In this document: in pieces, positions 16,071-24,281 of the stretch
How the letters are laid out: every line of letters starts with the position of its first letter
Position numbering within the stretch: the first letter of the stretch is position 1
NCBI GenBank assembly: GCA_016868575.1
Contig: VGGL01000002.1
Location: forward strand, 1,703-65,702
Source of the DNA: Bacteroidota bacterium
Lineage (GTDB): Bacteria; Bacteroidota; Bacteroidia; Bacteroidales; FEN-979
DNA: 64,000 nucleotides
Direction: 5' to 3'
Program-made: the position numbers and the translations under genes
Notes under the pieces: generated by a model
What the model was told of the DNA's origin: nothing
The model's database searches: none
What the model saw: only the letters and a program-made list of their open reading frames with translations

Positions 16071-16078
16071 TAATTTTG
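16071..16078 (+). promoter_or_regulatory. -7 promoter box TAATTTTG for the FkbM-type methyltransferase
   Basis: Exact TAnnTTTG, 15 nt upstream of the ATG at 16094. Confidence 0.45.
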
Positions 16079-16093
16079 TCGGCAAATGGCATC

Positions 16094-16852
16094 ATGATGA
16101 AGACGTTGGTTAAGTATGTGCTGCAGAAACTGCTGGGGTTCCGGAACTACCTATTCGTTTTCGCATTATTTAAGACCTATACGCTGAAAAAGGATAAAAA
16201 GGAAGGCGACTTCATTCACTTTCTCTCCATGCTGCCGGGCGATTCGACGATCCTTGACATTGGCGCCAACATCGGGGTAATGACCCTGCACCTGGCACAC
16301 AGGTTCCCCGGATCGCAGGTGTTTTCGTTTGAGCCTGTTCCCGAAAACCTGATTACCCTGCGAAGACTCCTGAAGTTCTTCAGGATCCGCAACGTCACTG
16401 TTTTGAAAACGGCTTTGGGGAGTTACAATGGCACCGCGGATATCATCATGCCGGTTCACGACCGGGTTCGGTTTCACGGACTTAGCCACATCGAAGGGGT
16501 AGAAGGTGCCGAGGGCGATACAGGGAACAAATACAGTATTCCAATGAAACGCCTCGATGATGTGCAGGAGTTAAAAAGCATATCAAAACCGGTTTCAGGC
16601 ATTAAACTCGATGTTGAGAATTACGAGTTCCAGGTTCTGTCGGGGGCGAAAGGATTGCTTTCAAAGTATAAACCGCTAATCTACACCGAACTGTGGGATA
16701 ACCGAAACAGGGCCGGCTGTATGAGCCTGTTAAAAAAACTCGGATATTCGGTTTTTGTGCTCGATTGCGGAGTTTTGGTTAAATTTGAGTCGGACAAACA
16801 CCGCAAACAGAATTTCTTTTTCCAGGTATTGCCTGAATCAAAAGGCGATTGA
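16094..16852 (+). CDS. FkbM family methyltransferase
   Basis: DIGANIGVMTLHLA...FSFEPVPENL motifs. The listed ORF start at 15848 overlaps the divergent GT4 gene. The ATG at 16094 follows the promoter box. Confidence 0.8.
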   Translation: MMKTLVKYVLQKLLGFRNYLFVFALFKTYTLKKDKKEGDFIHFLSMLPGDSTILDIGANIGVMTLHLAHRFPGSQVFSFEPVPENLITLRRLLKFFRIRNVTVLKTALGSYNGTADIIMPVHDRVRFHGLSHIEGVEGAEGDTGNKYSIPMKRLDDVQELKSISKPVSGIKLDVENYEFQVLSGAKGLLSKYKPLIYTELWDNRNRAGCMSLLKKLGYSVFVLDCGVLVKFESDKHRKQNFFFQVLPESKGD

Positions 16853-16854
16853 TG

Positions 16855-17057
16855 AAGCGAAAGTTTATTAACAACCTCGGATTCCTACTTTTCCTTAACC
16901 TGCTGGTTAAGCCGTTCTGGATATTCGGTATCGACCGTACCGTGCAGAATATGGCTGCCCCGGGTTAGTATGGCTTTTATTTTACTATCCTCAATTTTAT
17001 TTTTCTCTTTAATATCCTGCTCGATTTCGGCATCACCAACTTCAACAACCGGTACCG
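16855..17057 (+). pseudogene. Truncated polysaccharide flippase (Wzx-like) N-terminal fragment with an in-frame TAG
   Basis: Reads MKRKFINNLGFLLFLNLLVKPFWIFGIDRTVQNMAAPG*YGFYFTILNFIFLFNILLDFGITNFNNR. TAG is at 16966-16968. Similarity ends at about codon 67, where the convergent manC gene stops. Confidence 0.6.
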
Positions 17058-17060
17058 GGA

Positions 17061-18164
17061 CTACACAAACTTGTCCCCTTTTTCTACCTTCACATCGTTA
17101 ACTATCTGACGTAATTGCTGTTCGTCAGCTTTTTTACAGATCAGCAGCACATGATCTTGTTCCACCACAATGTAATCTTCCAAACCCTGAATGACAACCA
17201 ATTTATTCTTCGGCATGTTGATGATACATTGCCTGGTGTCATAACAAAGAACATTTTTTCCAACGATCGCATTGCCGTGATCATCCTTTTCGCGGGCCTC
17301 GTATAACGACCCCCAGGTTCCCAGATCAGACCACCCGAAATCTGCCGCAAGAACATAAACGTTCTCTGCTTTTTCCATAATTCCGTAGTCAATCGAGATA
17401 TTCCGGCAGATGGTGTATGTGTCAAGAATAAAGGCTTTTTCTTCCGGCGTATCATATTTCCCTATCCCTGAACGGAAGAGGTCATCCACTTCCGGCAGGA
17501 ACTGGCTAAAAGCCTGCTGTATGGATCGCAATTTCCAAATGAAAATACCGGAATTCCAGAGAAATTCACCGGTAGCCAAAAAGCGTTCTGCCAGCTCCCG
17601 ATCGGGCTTTTCCGTGAAGGTCTTCACTTTTCTGAGTTGTTTCTCCTGCGGGTACACCACACCATCCTGAAACTGGATATATCCATAGCCCGTATCCGGG
17701 CGCGTCGGCTTGATCCCCAGGGTGAGAAGCCAGTCGTGTTCTTCGGCTGCCTGAAGCCCAATGAGGATATCTTTTAAAAACTCATCTTCATGGATGATGA
17801 TATGATCCGACGGAGCAACAACCACGGCAGCTTCAGGATTTTTCCCCTGGATCTTGTAATTGGCATACGCGATACATGGAGCCGTGTTTCGTCGTGCCGG
17901 CTCCAGCAGGATCTGAGATTCCGGCAGTTCAGGGATTTGTTCCTTCACCAGCCCAAAGTATTGTTCATTGGTAACGATGTAGATGTTGGAAAGGGGACAG
18001 ATCCGGAGGAAACGCCGAAAAGTTTTCCGGATCAGGGTCTCACCAGTCCCAAGAATATCGATGAATTGCTTGGGGTGATTGGTTTTGCTGAGGGGCCAGA
18101 ACCGAACGCCAATGCCGCCGGCCATGATCACACAATAGTTGTTTTCGTTCTTTTTGATTTCCAT
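17061..18164 (-). CDS. manC: Mannose-1-phosphate guanylyltransferase
   Basis: N-terminal VIMAGGIGVRFWPLSKTNHPKQF nucleotidyltransferase motif. 367 aa, lacking a PMI/cupin bifunctional extension. Confidence 0.85.
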   Translation of the reverse strand: MEIKKNENNYCVIMAGGIGVRFWPLSKTNHPKQFIDILGTGETLIRKTFRRFLRICPLSNIYIVTNEQYFGLVKEQIPELPESQILLEPARRNTAPCIAYANYKIQGKNPEAAVVVAPSDHIIIHEDEFLKDILIGLQAAEEHDWLLTLGIKPTRPDTGYGYIQFQDGVVYPQEKQLRKVKTFTEKPDRELAERFLATGEFLWNSGIFIWKLRSIQQAFSQFLPEVDDLFRSGIGKYDTPEEKAFILDTYTICRNISIDYGIMEKAENVYVLAADFGWSDLGTWGSLYEAREKDDHGNAIVGKNVLCYDTRQCIINMPKNKLVVIQGLEDYIVVEQDHVLLICKKADEQQLRQIVNDVKVEKGDKFV

Positions 18165-18193
18165 GATGCGTTGATTTCAGCGTTATTTTTTTG

Positions 18194-18201
18194 CAAATAT
18201 A
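18194..18201 (-). promoter_or_regulatory. -7 promoter box TATATTTG for manC
   Basis: The reverse complement of caaatata matches exactly, 30 nt upstream of the ATG at 18164. Confidence 0.45.
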
Positions 18202-18235
18202 CCATAGAAGCATAAACCATGCGGGCTTTTTCCTG

Positions 18236-18865
18236 TCAGGCTCTTTTCTCCAGCCAGACCTCGGCAAGGGGGCTGAAAAGATAGAGCCTGCCAGATACCA
18301 GGCACTGGCACTTTAATCTTTTTCGCATTTTTCCGATCACTTTGAAAACCCTGCCATTCTGCGTGCGAAAGGTATCCTGGTCGTTGAGTGAACCTACCGT
18401 GATGGTGGCAGTCACAAGGTCATATTTCCGCAAAGCCTCCAGCAGGGCGGTATCGGCATGTACAGAAGCACGGATGCCGGTAAGATGCACCTGTAGGACC
18501 GCAAGTAGTGGCAACGGAAAAACACTTTCCAGCAGGAATGGGATGAGTAACAGCCGATACTCCTGTTTCCACTGATCTCCGTGCGGTTTGATCTTTCGTC
18601 CATACTTCCGGATGGCCAATATATGCGCCACCTCATGCATGGTGATGATCAGAAAAGCATACCTGTTCAGATTCTCATTCACCGTGATCACATCCCGTCT
18701 ACCGGGTAATGCCGGCCGGGAGTCACCCCATTTGGTACTCCTGGACCGCTTGATCTTGAGCAGGATATCATGTGAAACCAACACTGCCAGCACGGCATCA
18801 GCCGTACCTTCCGGAAGATATTTGGCTAAAATTTCAGCGGCTGAGAGGGTAGGCTTAGCAGGCAT
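18236..18865 (-). CDS. SprT-like zinc metalloprotease domain protein
   Basis: HEVAH (HExxH) motif with a KIKRSRSTKWGD...ITVNENLN context. The start at 18865 (MPAKPTL...) is preferred. The ORF is open to 18913. Confidence 0.75.
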   Translation of the reverse strand: MPAKPTLSAAEILAKYLPEGTADAVLAVLVSHDILLKIKRSRSTKWGDSRPALPGRRDVITVNENLNRYAFLIITMHEVAHILAIRKYGRKIKPHGDQWKQEYRLLLIPFLLESVFPLPLLAVLQVHLTGIRASVHADTALLEALRKYDLVTATITVGSLNDQDTFRTQNGRVFKVIGKMRKRLKCQCLVSGRLYLFSPLAEVWLEKRA

Positions 18866-19020
18866 AAAATGGGAGTTTGGCTGGAGTAGCTGTAAGCGGG
18901 ACAATCCCAGCATCGCCTGGGATGATAACGCTGTTGCGGCCCCCGGGAAGAGTAACAGGATGTTAATCCGAACAGTACGAGAAACAAGATTCCGATGCGC
19001 AGTGATCGCTTGAAAACCAT
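18826..19020 (-). CDS. Possible small lipoprotein ORF (64 aa) overlapping the sprT-like 5' end
   Basis: MVFKRSLRIGILFLVLFGLTSC is a textbook lipoprotein signal plus lipobox. The remaining 42 aa are uninformative, and the 3' 40 nt overlap the next gene in another frame. Confidence 0.2.
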   Translation of the reverse strand: MVFKRSLRIGILFLVLFGLTSCYSSRGPQQRYHPRRCWDCPAYSYSSQTPILCLLSLPSQPLKF

Positions 19021-19095
19021 ATCAGGAAAACGGGACATCCCGGGAAATATTTTTCAAATGTAGTTCTTTTCTGTACCTTCGTAGGGCTATTCCGG

Positions 19096-19836
19096 ATGAA
19101 AATATTTTCTGTCATCGGCGGTTATCTTATCCTGATCCTAAGGGTGTTACGCAAGCCGGAAAAAGGCCCGGTCTTTCGCAAGCAGCTTTTCAATGAATTT
19201 CAGAGCCTGGGGATTGATTCACTGGGTATTGTCGTGATCATCTCCATCTTTATGGGAGCCGTTGTCGCGATTCAAACTGCCTATAATATCGACAGTCCTC
19301 TGATCCCTCTGTCGATGGTCGGTTTTACCACCCGGCAATCGGTGATCCTGGAGTTCTCTCCCACGATCCTTAGCCTGATCCTGGCCGGGAAGGTCGGATC
19401 GCGGATAGCTTCTGAGATTGGAACCATGCGGGTTACCGAGCAGATCGATGCCCTCGACGTGATGGGGATCAACTCGGCCAACTACCTCATCCTCCCAAAG
19501 GTAACGGCTTCCGTGCTGATCAATCCCCTGCTGGTGATCCTCAGCATCGGCTTTGCCATCACCGGCGGTTGGCTGGCCATGGTGATGACCGGGCTGGTTA
19601 CCACGTATGACTATGTGGATGGGCTGCGTTCATATTTCGAAGGATATACCATCTTCTACTGCCTGTCAAAAACAGTGGTGTTTGCCTTTCTGATCTCAAC
19701 GGTATCGGGTTATCACGGCTATATCATCCGGGGCGGGGCCCTCGAAGTGGGACAAGCCAGCACCAAGGCAGTGGTCTATTCCAGCATCCTGATCATCCTG
19801 TTTAACCTCGTCCTCACCCAACTCCTGCTGGCATGA
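19096..19836 (+). CDS. mlaE: MlaE family ABC transporter permease
   Basis: 246 aa multi-TM protein with MlaE-like conserved EIGTMRVTEQIDAL motif. A variant -7 box TACCTTCG lies at 19074. Confidence 0.85.
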   Translation: MKIFSVIGGYLILILRVLRKPEKGPVFRKQLFNEFQSLGIDSLGIVVIISIFMGAVVAIQTAYNIDSPLIPLSMVGFTTRQSVILEFSPTILSLILAGKVGSRIASEIGTMRVTEQIDALDVMGINSANYLILPKVTASVLINPLLVILSIGFAITGGWLAMVMTGLVTTYDYVDGLRSYFEGYTIFYCLSKTVVFAFLISTVSGYHGYIIRGGALEVGQASTKAVVYSSILIILFNLVLTQLLLA

Positions 19837-20579
19837 TCGAAGCACGCAACATATGCAAATCGTTTGACGGGCAGGAAGTACTTTCATCAGTTTCTGCTGT
19901 TTTCGAAAGGGGAAAAACCAACCTGATCATCGGGATGAGCGGATCGGGAAAGACGGTGCTGATGAAATGCCTGGTTGGGCTTTATGACGTCGATTGCGGA
20001 AGCGTGGAATATGATGGGCGAGACTGTACTTCCATGTTGGCAGAAGAGAAAAGATCCCTCCGCAAAGAGGTGGGCATGCTGTTCCAGGGCGGCGCTTTAT
20101 TTGATTCGATGACTGTTGAAGAAAATGTGATGTTCCCGTTGACCATGTTTACCAACCAGTTGTGGGATGAAAAAAAAGAGCGGGTTGATTTTGTATTGAA
20201 ACGGGTGAACCTGGAAGGTACCAATCAGCTGCGGACTTCTCAGCTCAGCGGCGGGATGACCAAGCGGGTAGCCATTGCCCGGGCCATTAGCCTGAATCCC
20301 AGATATCTCTTCTGTGATGAACCCAACTCCGGGCTTGATCCCCAGACTGCCAGCGTGATCGATGAGCTGATCAGCGAGATCACCCACGAATTCGGCATCA
20401 CCACCATCGTGAATACCCACGACATGAATTCGGTGCTCAGCATCGGCGAAAAAGTCGCTTTTATCTACAAGGGACATTTATGGTGGGAAGGGACAAAAGC
20501 CGAAATCCTTGAAAGTGATAACCAGGAACTCCAGGATTTCATCTTTGCCACGGAATTGACAAGAAGGCTGAAAAAGTAA
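19833..20579 (+). CDS. mlaF: ABC transporter ATP-binding protein (MlaF-like)
   Basis: Walker A GMSGSGKT, signature LSGGMTKR, Walker B LFCDEP. Overlaps mlaE by 4 nt. Confidence 0.9.
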   Translation: MIEARNICKSFDGQEVLSSVSAVFERGKTNLIIGMSGSGKTVLMKCLVGLYDVDCGSVEYDGRDCTSMLAEEKRSLRKEVGMLFQGGALFDSMTVEENVMFPLTMFTNQLWDEKKERVDFVLKRVNLEGTNQLRTSQLSGGMTKRVAIARAISLNPRYLFCDEPNSGLDPQTASVIDELISEITHEFGITTIVNTHDMNSVLSIGEKVAFIYKGHLWWEGTKAEILESDNQELQDFIFATELTRRLKK

Positions 20580-20593
20580 ATTATTTCTCACCT

Positions 20594-21136
20594 ATGAACT
20601 ATATTGACCTCATCCTCCTCATCCTTATCCTGATCTCCGGGATCTTTGGGTTTATCAAGGGCTTCATCCGCAGCCTGGGATCGCTGGTATCACTGATCGC
20701 CGGGGTGTGGGCGGCACTGAATCTTTCTTACCTGGTCAGGGATATCATTGTCGATATCTGGGATTACCAGGGGAAGTTCATTCAACCCATCGCATTTATT
20801 ATCACCTTTCTGGTGGTAGCGATCCTGATCCGGTTGATTGCCCGGCTGCTGGATAAAGGCGCTGAAGCGGTAAGCCTGGGGTTTTTCAACGAAATACTGG
20901 GTGCTTTCTTCGGGATGATCAAGGCCTTGCTGATCCTGAGTGTGCTGATTTATCTCATCGAGATGTTCAACCTGGATACCCACATCATCCCGCAGGAGGA
21001 TGCCCAAAAGTCGGTGGTTTACCGGCAAACAAGGAATATCTTTCCGTTTCTGATGAAGATCACCGGCACCCGGATCAAAGGGTGGCAACCGGTGGCGGAT
21101 CCAGCGAAACCGGCTGAACCTGAATCAGCCCTGTAG
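20594..21136 (+). CDS. cvpA: CvpA family membrane protein
   Basis: Four TM helices with a CvpA-like N-terminus, MNYIDLILLILILISGIFGFIKGFIR. Confidence 0.75.
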   Translation: MNYIDLILLILILISGIFGFIKGFIRSLGSLVSLIAGVWAALNLSYLVRDIIVDIWDYQGKFIQPIAFIITFLVVAILIRLIARLLDKGAEAVSLGFFNEILGAFFGMIKALLILSVLIYLIEMFNLDTHIIPQEDAQKSVVYRQTRNIFPFLMKITGTRIKGWQPVADPAKPAEPESAL

Positions 21137-21168
21137 CTTGAAAATGAGAAGGGTTGTTTCAAGGGAGA

Positions 21169-21250
21169 GTCACAGGGTCACAGAGGGACAAGGTGTGATT
21201 GGTTATTCCTTCTTTGCGTGCGTAACGCAATCTTTTGCGCTCTTTGCGTG
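21169..21250 (+). repeat. Composite member of the octamer-word repeat family (GTCACAGGGTCACAGAGGGAC ... CTTTGCGTGCGTAACGCAATCTTTTGCGCTCTTTGCGTG)
   Basis: It uses the same purine-rich left words and TTTGCG-type right words as 4804 and 14617, but the arms are poorly complementary. It lies between convergent cvpA and pgk. Confidence 0.6.
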
Positions 21251-21280
21251 AACTAAAAAAAAGAGAAACAGTAATACGGT

Positions 21281-22471
21281 TTATTGCTCGATAGCCTGGA
21301 TGCCCGGGAGGATATTTCCTTCGATGCATTCGAGCATGGCGCCGCCGCCGGTCGACACATAGCTTACCTTATCTGCCAGGTGGTATTTGTTGATCGCGGC
21401 CACCGAATCCCCTCCGCCGATGAGGGAATAAGCGCCTTTCTCCGATGCTGCAGCCACAGCCAGGGCAATGGCCTTGGTGCCTGCTTCAAACGACGGCATC
21501 TCGAACACGCCCATCGGGCCATTCCACAGGATCGTGGCCGATTTGGCGATCACCTCTTCGAATTTTCCGATGGTCTCCCGACCGATATCCATTCCCATCA
21601 TCTCGTCCGGTATCTCATAGATGTTGCAAAGGCTTTGTTGTGCAGCGTTATCAAACCTATCTGCAATGACCGTATCTGCAGGAAGATGAAAGTTCACGCC
21701 CATCATCTTGGATCCCTCCACGGTATTGGCTGCCAGATCAAGCAGTTCATCTTCGCACAAGGACTTACCAATATGTCCTCCCAGCGCTTTGATGAAAGTA
21801 TAGGCCATTCCTCCGCCGATGATCATGTTGTCGACCTTATCGATGAGGTGGTTGATGATCTCGATCTTTCCCGACACCTTGGCGCCGCCAAGAATGGCTG
21901 TAAAAGGTCTTTTGGCGCTTTTCAGGACATAGTTGATGCTCTCCACCTCTTTCCCCATCAGGTAGCCGAACATTTTCTTTCCGGGGAAGAATTTGGCGAT
22001 GATGGCTGTGGAAGCATGCGGTCTATGGGCCGTCCCAAAAGCATCATTCACGTAAACATCTCCCAGCGAAGCAAGTTCTTTGGCAAAGCTCTCGCCGCCT
22101 TTTTCTTCTTCCTTGTGGAAGCGGAGGTTTTCGAGCAGCAGAATGCCCCCGGGTTTTAGTTCAGCTACGGCATCAAGCGCCGGTTTGCCAATACAATCGG
22201 TAGCAAAGGCTACTTTTAGGCCGAGTTTTTCCGAAAGATATCCGATCAGGTGTTTGAGGGAAAACTTCTCTTCGAAGCCCTCTTTCGGCCTTCCGAGGTG
22301 TGACATCAGGATCACCGACCCGCCTTCATTCAGGATCTTGTTGATGGTCGGTACGGTAGCATCGATACGCGTTGTATCTGTAATTTGGTATTTATCATCC
22401 AGCGGTACATTGTAATCCACCCGGATCAGGGCTTTTAACCCCCTGAAATTAAAGTCATCGATTGTTTTCAT
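21281..22471 (-). CDS. pgk: Phosphoglycerate kinase
   Basis: Full-length 396 aa with RVDYNVPLD and MSHLGRPKEG motifs. Confidence 0.97.
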   Translation of the reverse strand: MKTIDDFNFRGLKALIRVDYNVPLDDKYQITDTTRIDATVPTINKILNEGGSVILMSHLGRPKEGFEEKFSLKHLIGYLSEKLGLKVAFATDCIGKPALDAVAELKPGGILLLENLRFHKEEEKGGESFAKELASLGDVYVNDAFGTAHRPHASTAIIAKFFPGKKMFGYLMGKEVESINYVLKSAKRPFTAILGGAKVSGKIEIINHLIDKVDNMIIGGGMAYTFIKALGGHIGKSLCEDELLDLAANTVEGSKMMGVNFHLPADTVIADRFDNAAQQSLCNIYEIPDEMMGMDIGRETIGKFEEVIAKSATILWNGPMGVFEMPSFEAGTKAIALAVAAASEKGAYSLIGGGDSVAAINKYHLADKVSYVSTGGGAMLECIEGNILPGIQAIEQ

Positions 22472-22494
22472 ATGTTCATGGTTTTAATGGACTA

Positions 22495-22502
22495 CAAACA
22501 TA
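22495..22502 (-). promoter_or_regulatory. -7 promoter box TATGTTTG for pgk
   Basis: The reverse complement of caaacata matches exactly, 24 nt upstream of the ATG at 22471. Confidence 0.45.
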
Positions 22503-22530
22503 TAAAGAAATCCAAGAATAGTTGGAAAAT

Positions 22531-22866
22531 TCAATGGAGCATATTGTAGGCTTCAACATCGAATAACAGGAGTGTTGGAAGAAGGGCTCGGATTTGATCA
22601 ATATCCTTTGAAAGATATACCTCTGCAAGAACCTCCCGAAACCTTCTTATTTCTTTCAATGAACTAATCCACCTGGGGTCTTCTGAAGTCAGATCTATCA
22701 GTTCGAAAGCACGTTCAATACATTTTTCAGCATCTTGCGGATAACCGTCTTTCAGGCAGTTAATGGCTCTGTTCAGTTCGTTTGAGATCATCAGCACCTG
22801 CTGGGTTCTTGCGTTTTTCTCCCATTTCTCCGGGGACAATTGTATATGTTGCTTGAGCGGATACAT
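22531..22866 (-). CDS. Hypothetical 111-aa helical protein
   Basis: Intact ORF, separated by 1 nt from the upstream gene stop. No motif recognised. Confidence 0.6.
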   Translation of the reverse strand: MYPLKQHIQLSPEKWEKNARTQQVLMISNELNRAINCLKDGYPQDAEKCIERAFELIDLTSEDPRWISSLKEIRRFREVLAEVYLSKDIDQIRALLPTLLLFDVEAYNMLH

Positions 22867-22867
22867 A

Positions 22868-23227
22868 CTATTTCAATAGGATTTCAACTATTTCCTTTAT
22901 CTTTTCCCTGATTCTTTGGTCGGATACCTCCATGCTTCTGTTTCCCATCGCTGGTCTGATGTTTATCAAAGATGTGTATTCAAGTTGATCTTGGGGCTTG
23001 CGAAGAGGGAAAATATTAGCTCCCCATAAATTCTGTTGAAACGAACCATGATCAAGTAATAGTTGTTCCAGATCGGCATGCATTTCACCATCAACAGCGA
23101 TAATGTTTTTTCCCAGATCAACGACAATCTTGAGTACTTCATCATATGGCGTTTCCCGTTCTTCCCAAATTTTCAATAAGGATGTTGGTTGAATGATGAT
23201 CTGCATATTAAGTGGCTTATATCGCAA
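22868..23227 (-). CDS. Hypothetical 119-aa protein (possibly DUF5674-like)
   Basis: Intact ORF 9 nt after the GT9 gene. The WGANIFP...SLINIRP..GNRSMEV.D..IR..I motif resembles, from memory, a conserved domain of unknown function. Confidence 0.6.
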   Translation of the reverse strand: MRYKPLNMQIIIQPTSLLKIWEERETPYDEVLKIVVDLGKNIIAVDGEMHADLEQLLLDHGSFQQNLWGANIFPLRKPQDQLEYTSLINIRPAMGNRSMEVSDQRIREKIKEIVEILLK

Positions 23228-23236
23228 AGTTACAGA

Positions 23237-24277
23237 TTAAATCATTGACAATATTCGATAAACGTCTTCCGGTGTAATCGCCTCCATACATTCACAATGC
23301 TGCTGATGACGGCATTTGGAACAAGTCTTATTCAAAACGACAAAAGAAGCTTTTTCACCTAAAGGTTCCCATCGCCCCGGGTGCATGGGGCGGATCGGAG
23401 GATAAATCCCAATAGCTTTTTTACCCAATGCTGCTGCGATGTGTAGCGGACCGGTACTGGCGGCAATAAGGCCGTCAACCCTGGAAAGGAATGCAATGAG
23501 CTCCCGGAGCGAAAATCTGCCTGTCAGGTCAACAACCTCCGCAAATTGTCCAATCAACTCATCCTTAACCAGATCGCCCTCCTCTTTTGTGCCGGTGATA
23601 AAGATCTTGTATTTTTCAGCCGGTAACAAATGGATCAAGGCCTTGAAATTCGCTGTTCCCCATTCTCTTGCACTTCCTTTTGACTTGGGATGAAGCACGA
23701 GATTGAACTTCGTGGGATCGATCAATGCCTGGATTTCATTGGTTGGGAGCGGGATGCGATCGAAATGATAAAGGGTAGGGATCTGGGACGTTGAGTAAGA
23801 CTCCTTGATCCCCAGCCCCTGAAGCAGCTTCAGGTTGAGCTGGGCTTCATGGAGATCTGACCTTTTCCGGGTCATCCAGACGATCCGGTTGCAGGAATAG
23901 AATGGATAGATGCGGGTGCTGCCGGCGATCCGCAGGGGAATCCCGGCTTTTCTGGCCAGGGAGAAGATCTCCCGCCGCGGAAACACGTGCAGGATAACGG
24001 AGGCCTGAATTTTTCTGAAGGCTTCAACCTGTTGATGTACCGGAAGTTCAGCAATGGAATCCCAGGAAAGAAATTCATCCACGGAAGAACAACAAGCCAC
24101 AACCTCACGGGCATATTCCCGGCACAGGAAAACCGTCCGGCAGCCGGGCCAGGTCTGCTTTGCCACTGTGACCAGCGGAAGGGTGAGTATCACGTCGCCA
24201 ATGCTGTCGGTGCGACTGATGAGGAGTGTTTGTCCGTTCAACTTTTCAGTAAAGAAATGATGAAGTGGAAAAAGCAT
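23237..24277 (-). CDS. Glycosyltransferase family 9 (heptosyltransferase-like)
   Basis: N-terminal LLISRTDSIGDVILTLPL and C-terminal GPLHIAAALGKK motifs typical of GT9. Confidence 0.85.
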   Translation of the reverse strand: MLFPLHHFFTEKLNGQTLLISRTDSIGDVILTLPLVTVAKQTWPGCRTVFLCREYAREVVACCSSVDEFLSWDSIAELPVHQQVEAFRKIQASVILHVFPRREIFSLARKAGIPLRIAGSTRIYPFYSCNRIVWMTRKRSDLHEAQLNLKLLQGLGIKESYSTSQIPTLYHFDRIPLPTNEIQALIDPTKFNLVLHPKSKGSAREWGTANFKALIHLLPAEKYKIFITGTKEEGDLVKDELIGQFAEVVDLTGRFSLRELIAFLSRVDGLIAASTGPLHIAAALGKKAIGIYPPIRPMHPGRWEPLGEKASFVVLNKTCSKCRHQQHCECMEAITPEDVYRILSMI

Positions 24278-24281
24278 CCAA

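Noticed and set aside
19074-19081. Variant boxes TACCTTCG (19074, 39243), TACTTTCG (26877) and TATTTTCG (11734) as promoters of mlaE, the small lipoprotein, trkA and cutC
   Set aside because: They are not listed as features because they deviate from TAnnTTTG at the seventh position. Their recurrence at the right distance from starts suggests a tolerated TTCG variant, but this is unverified.
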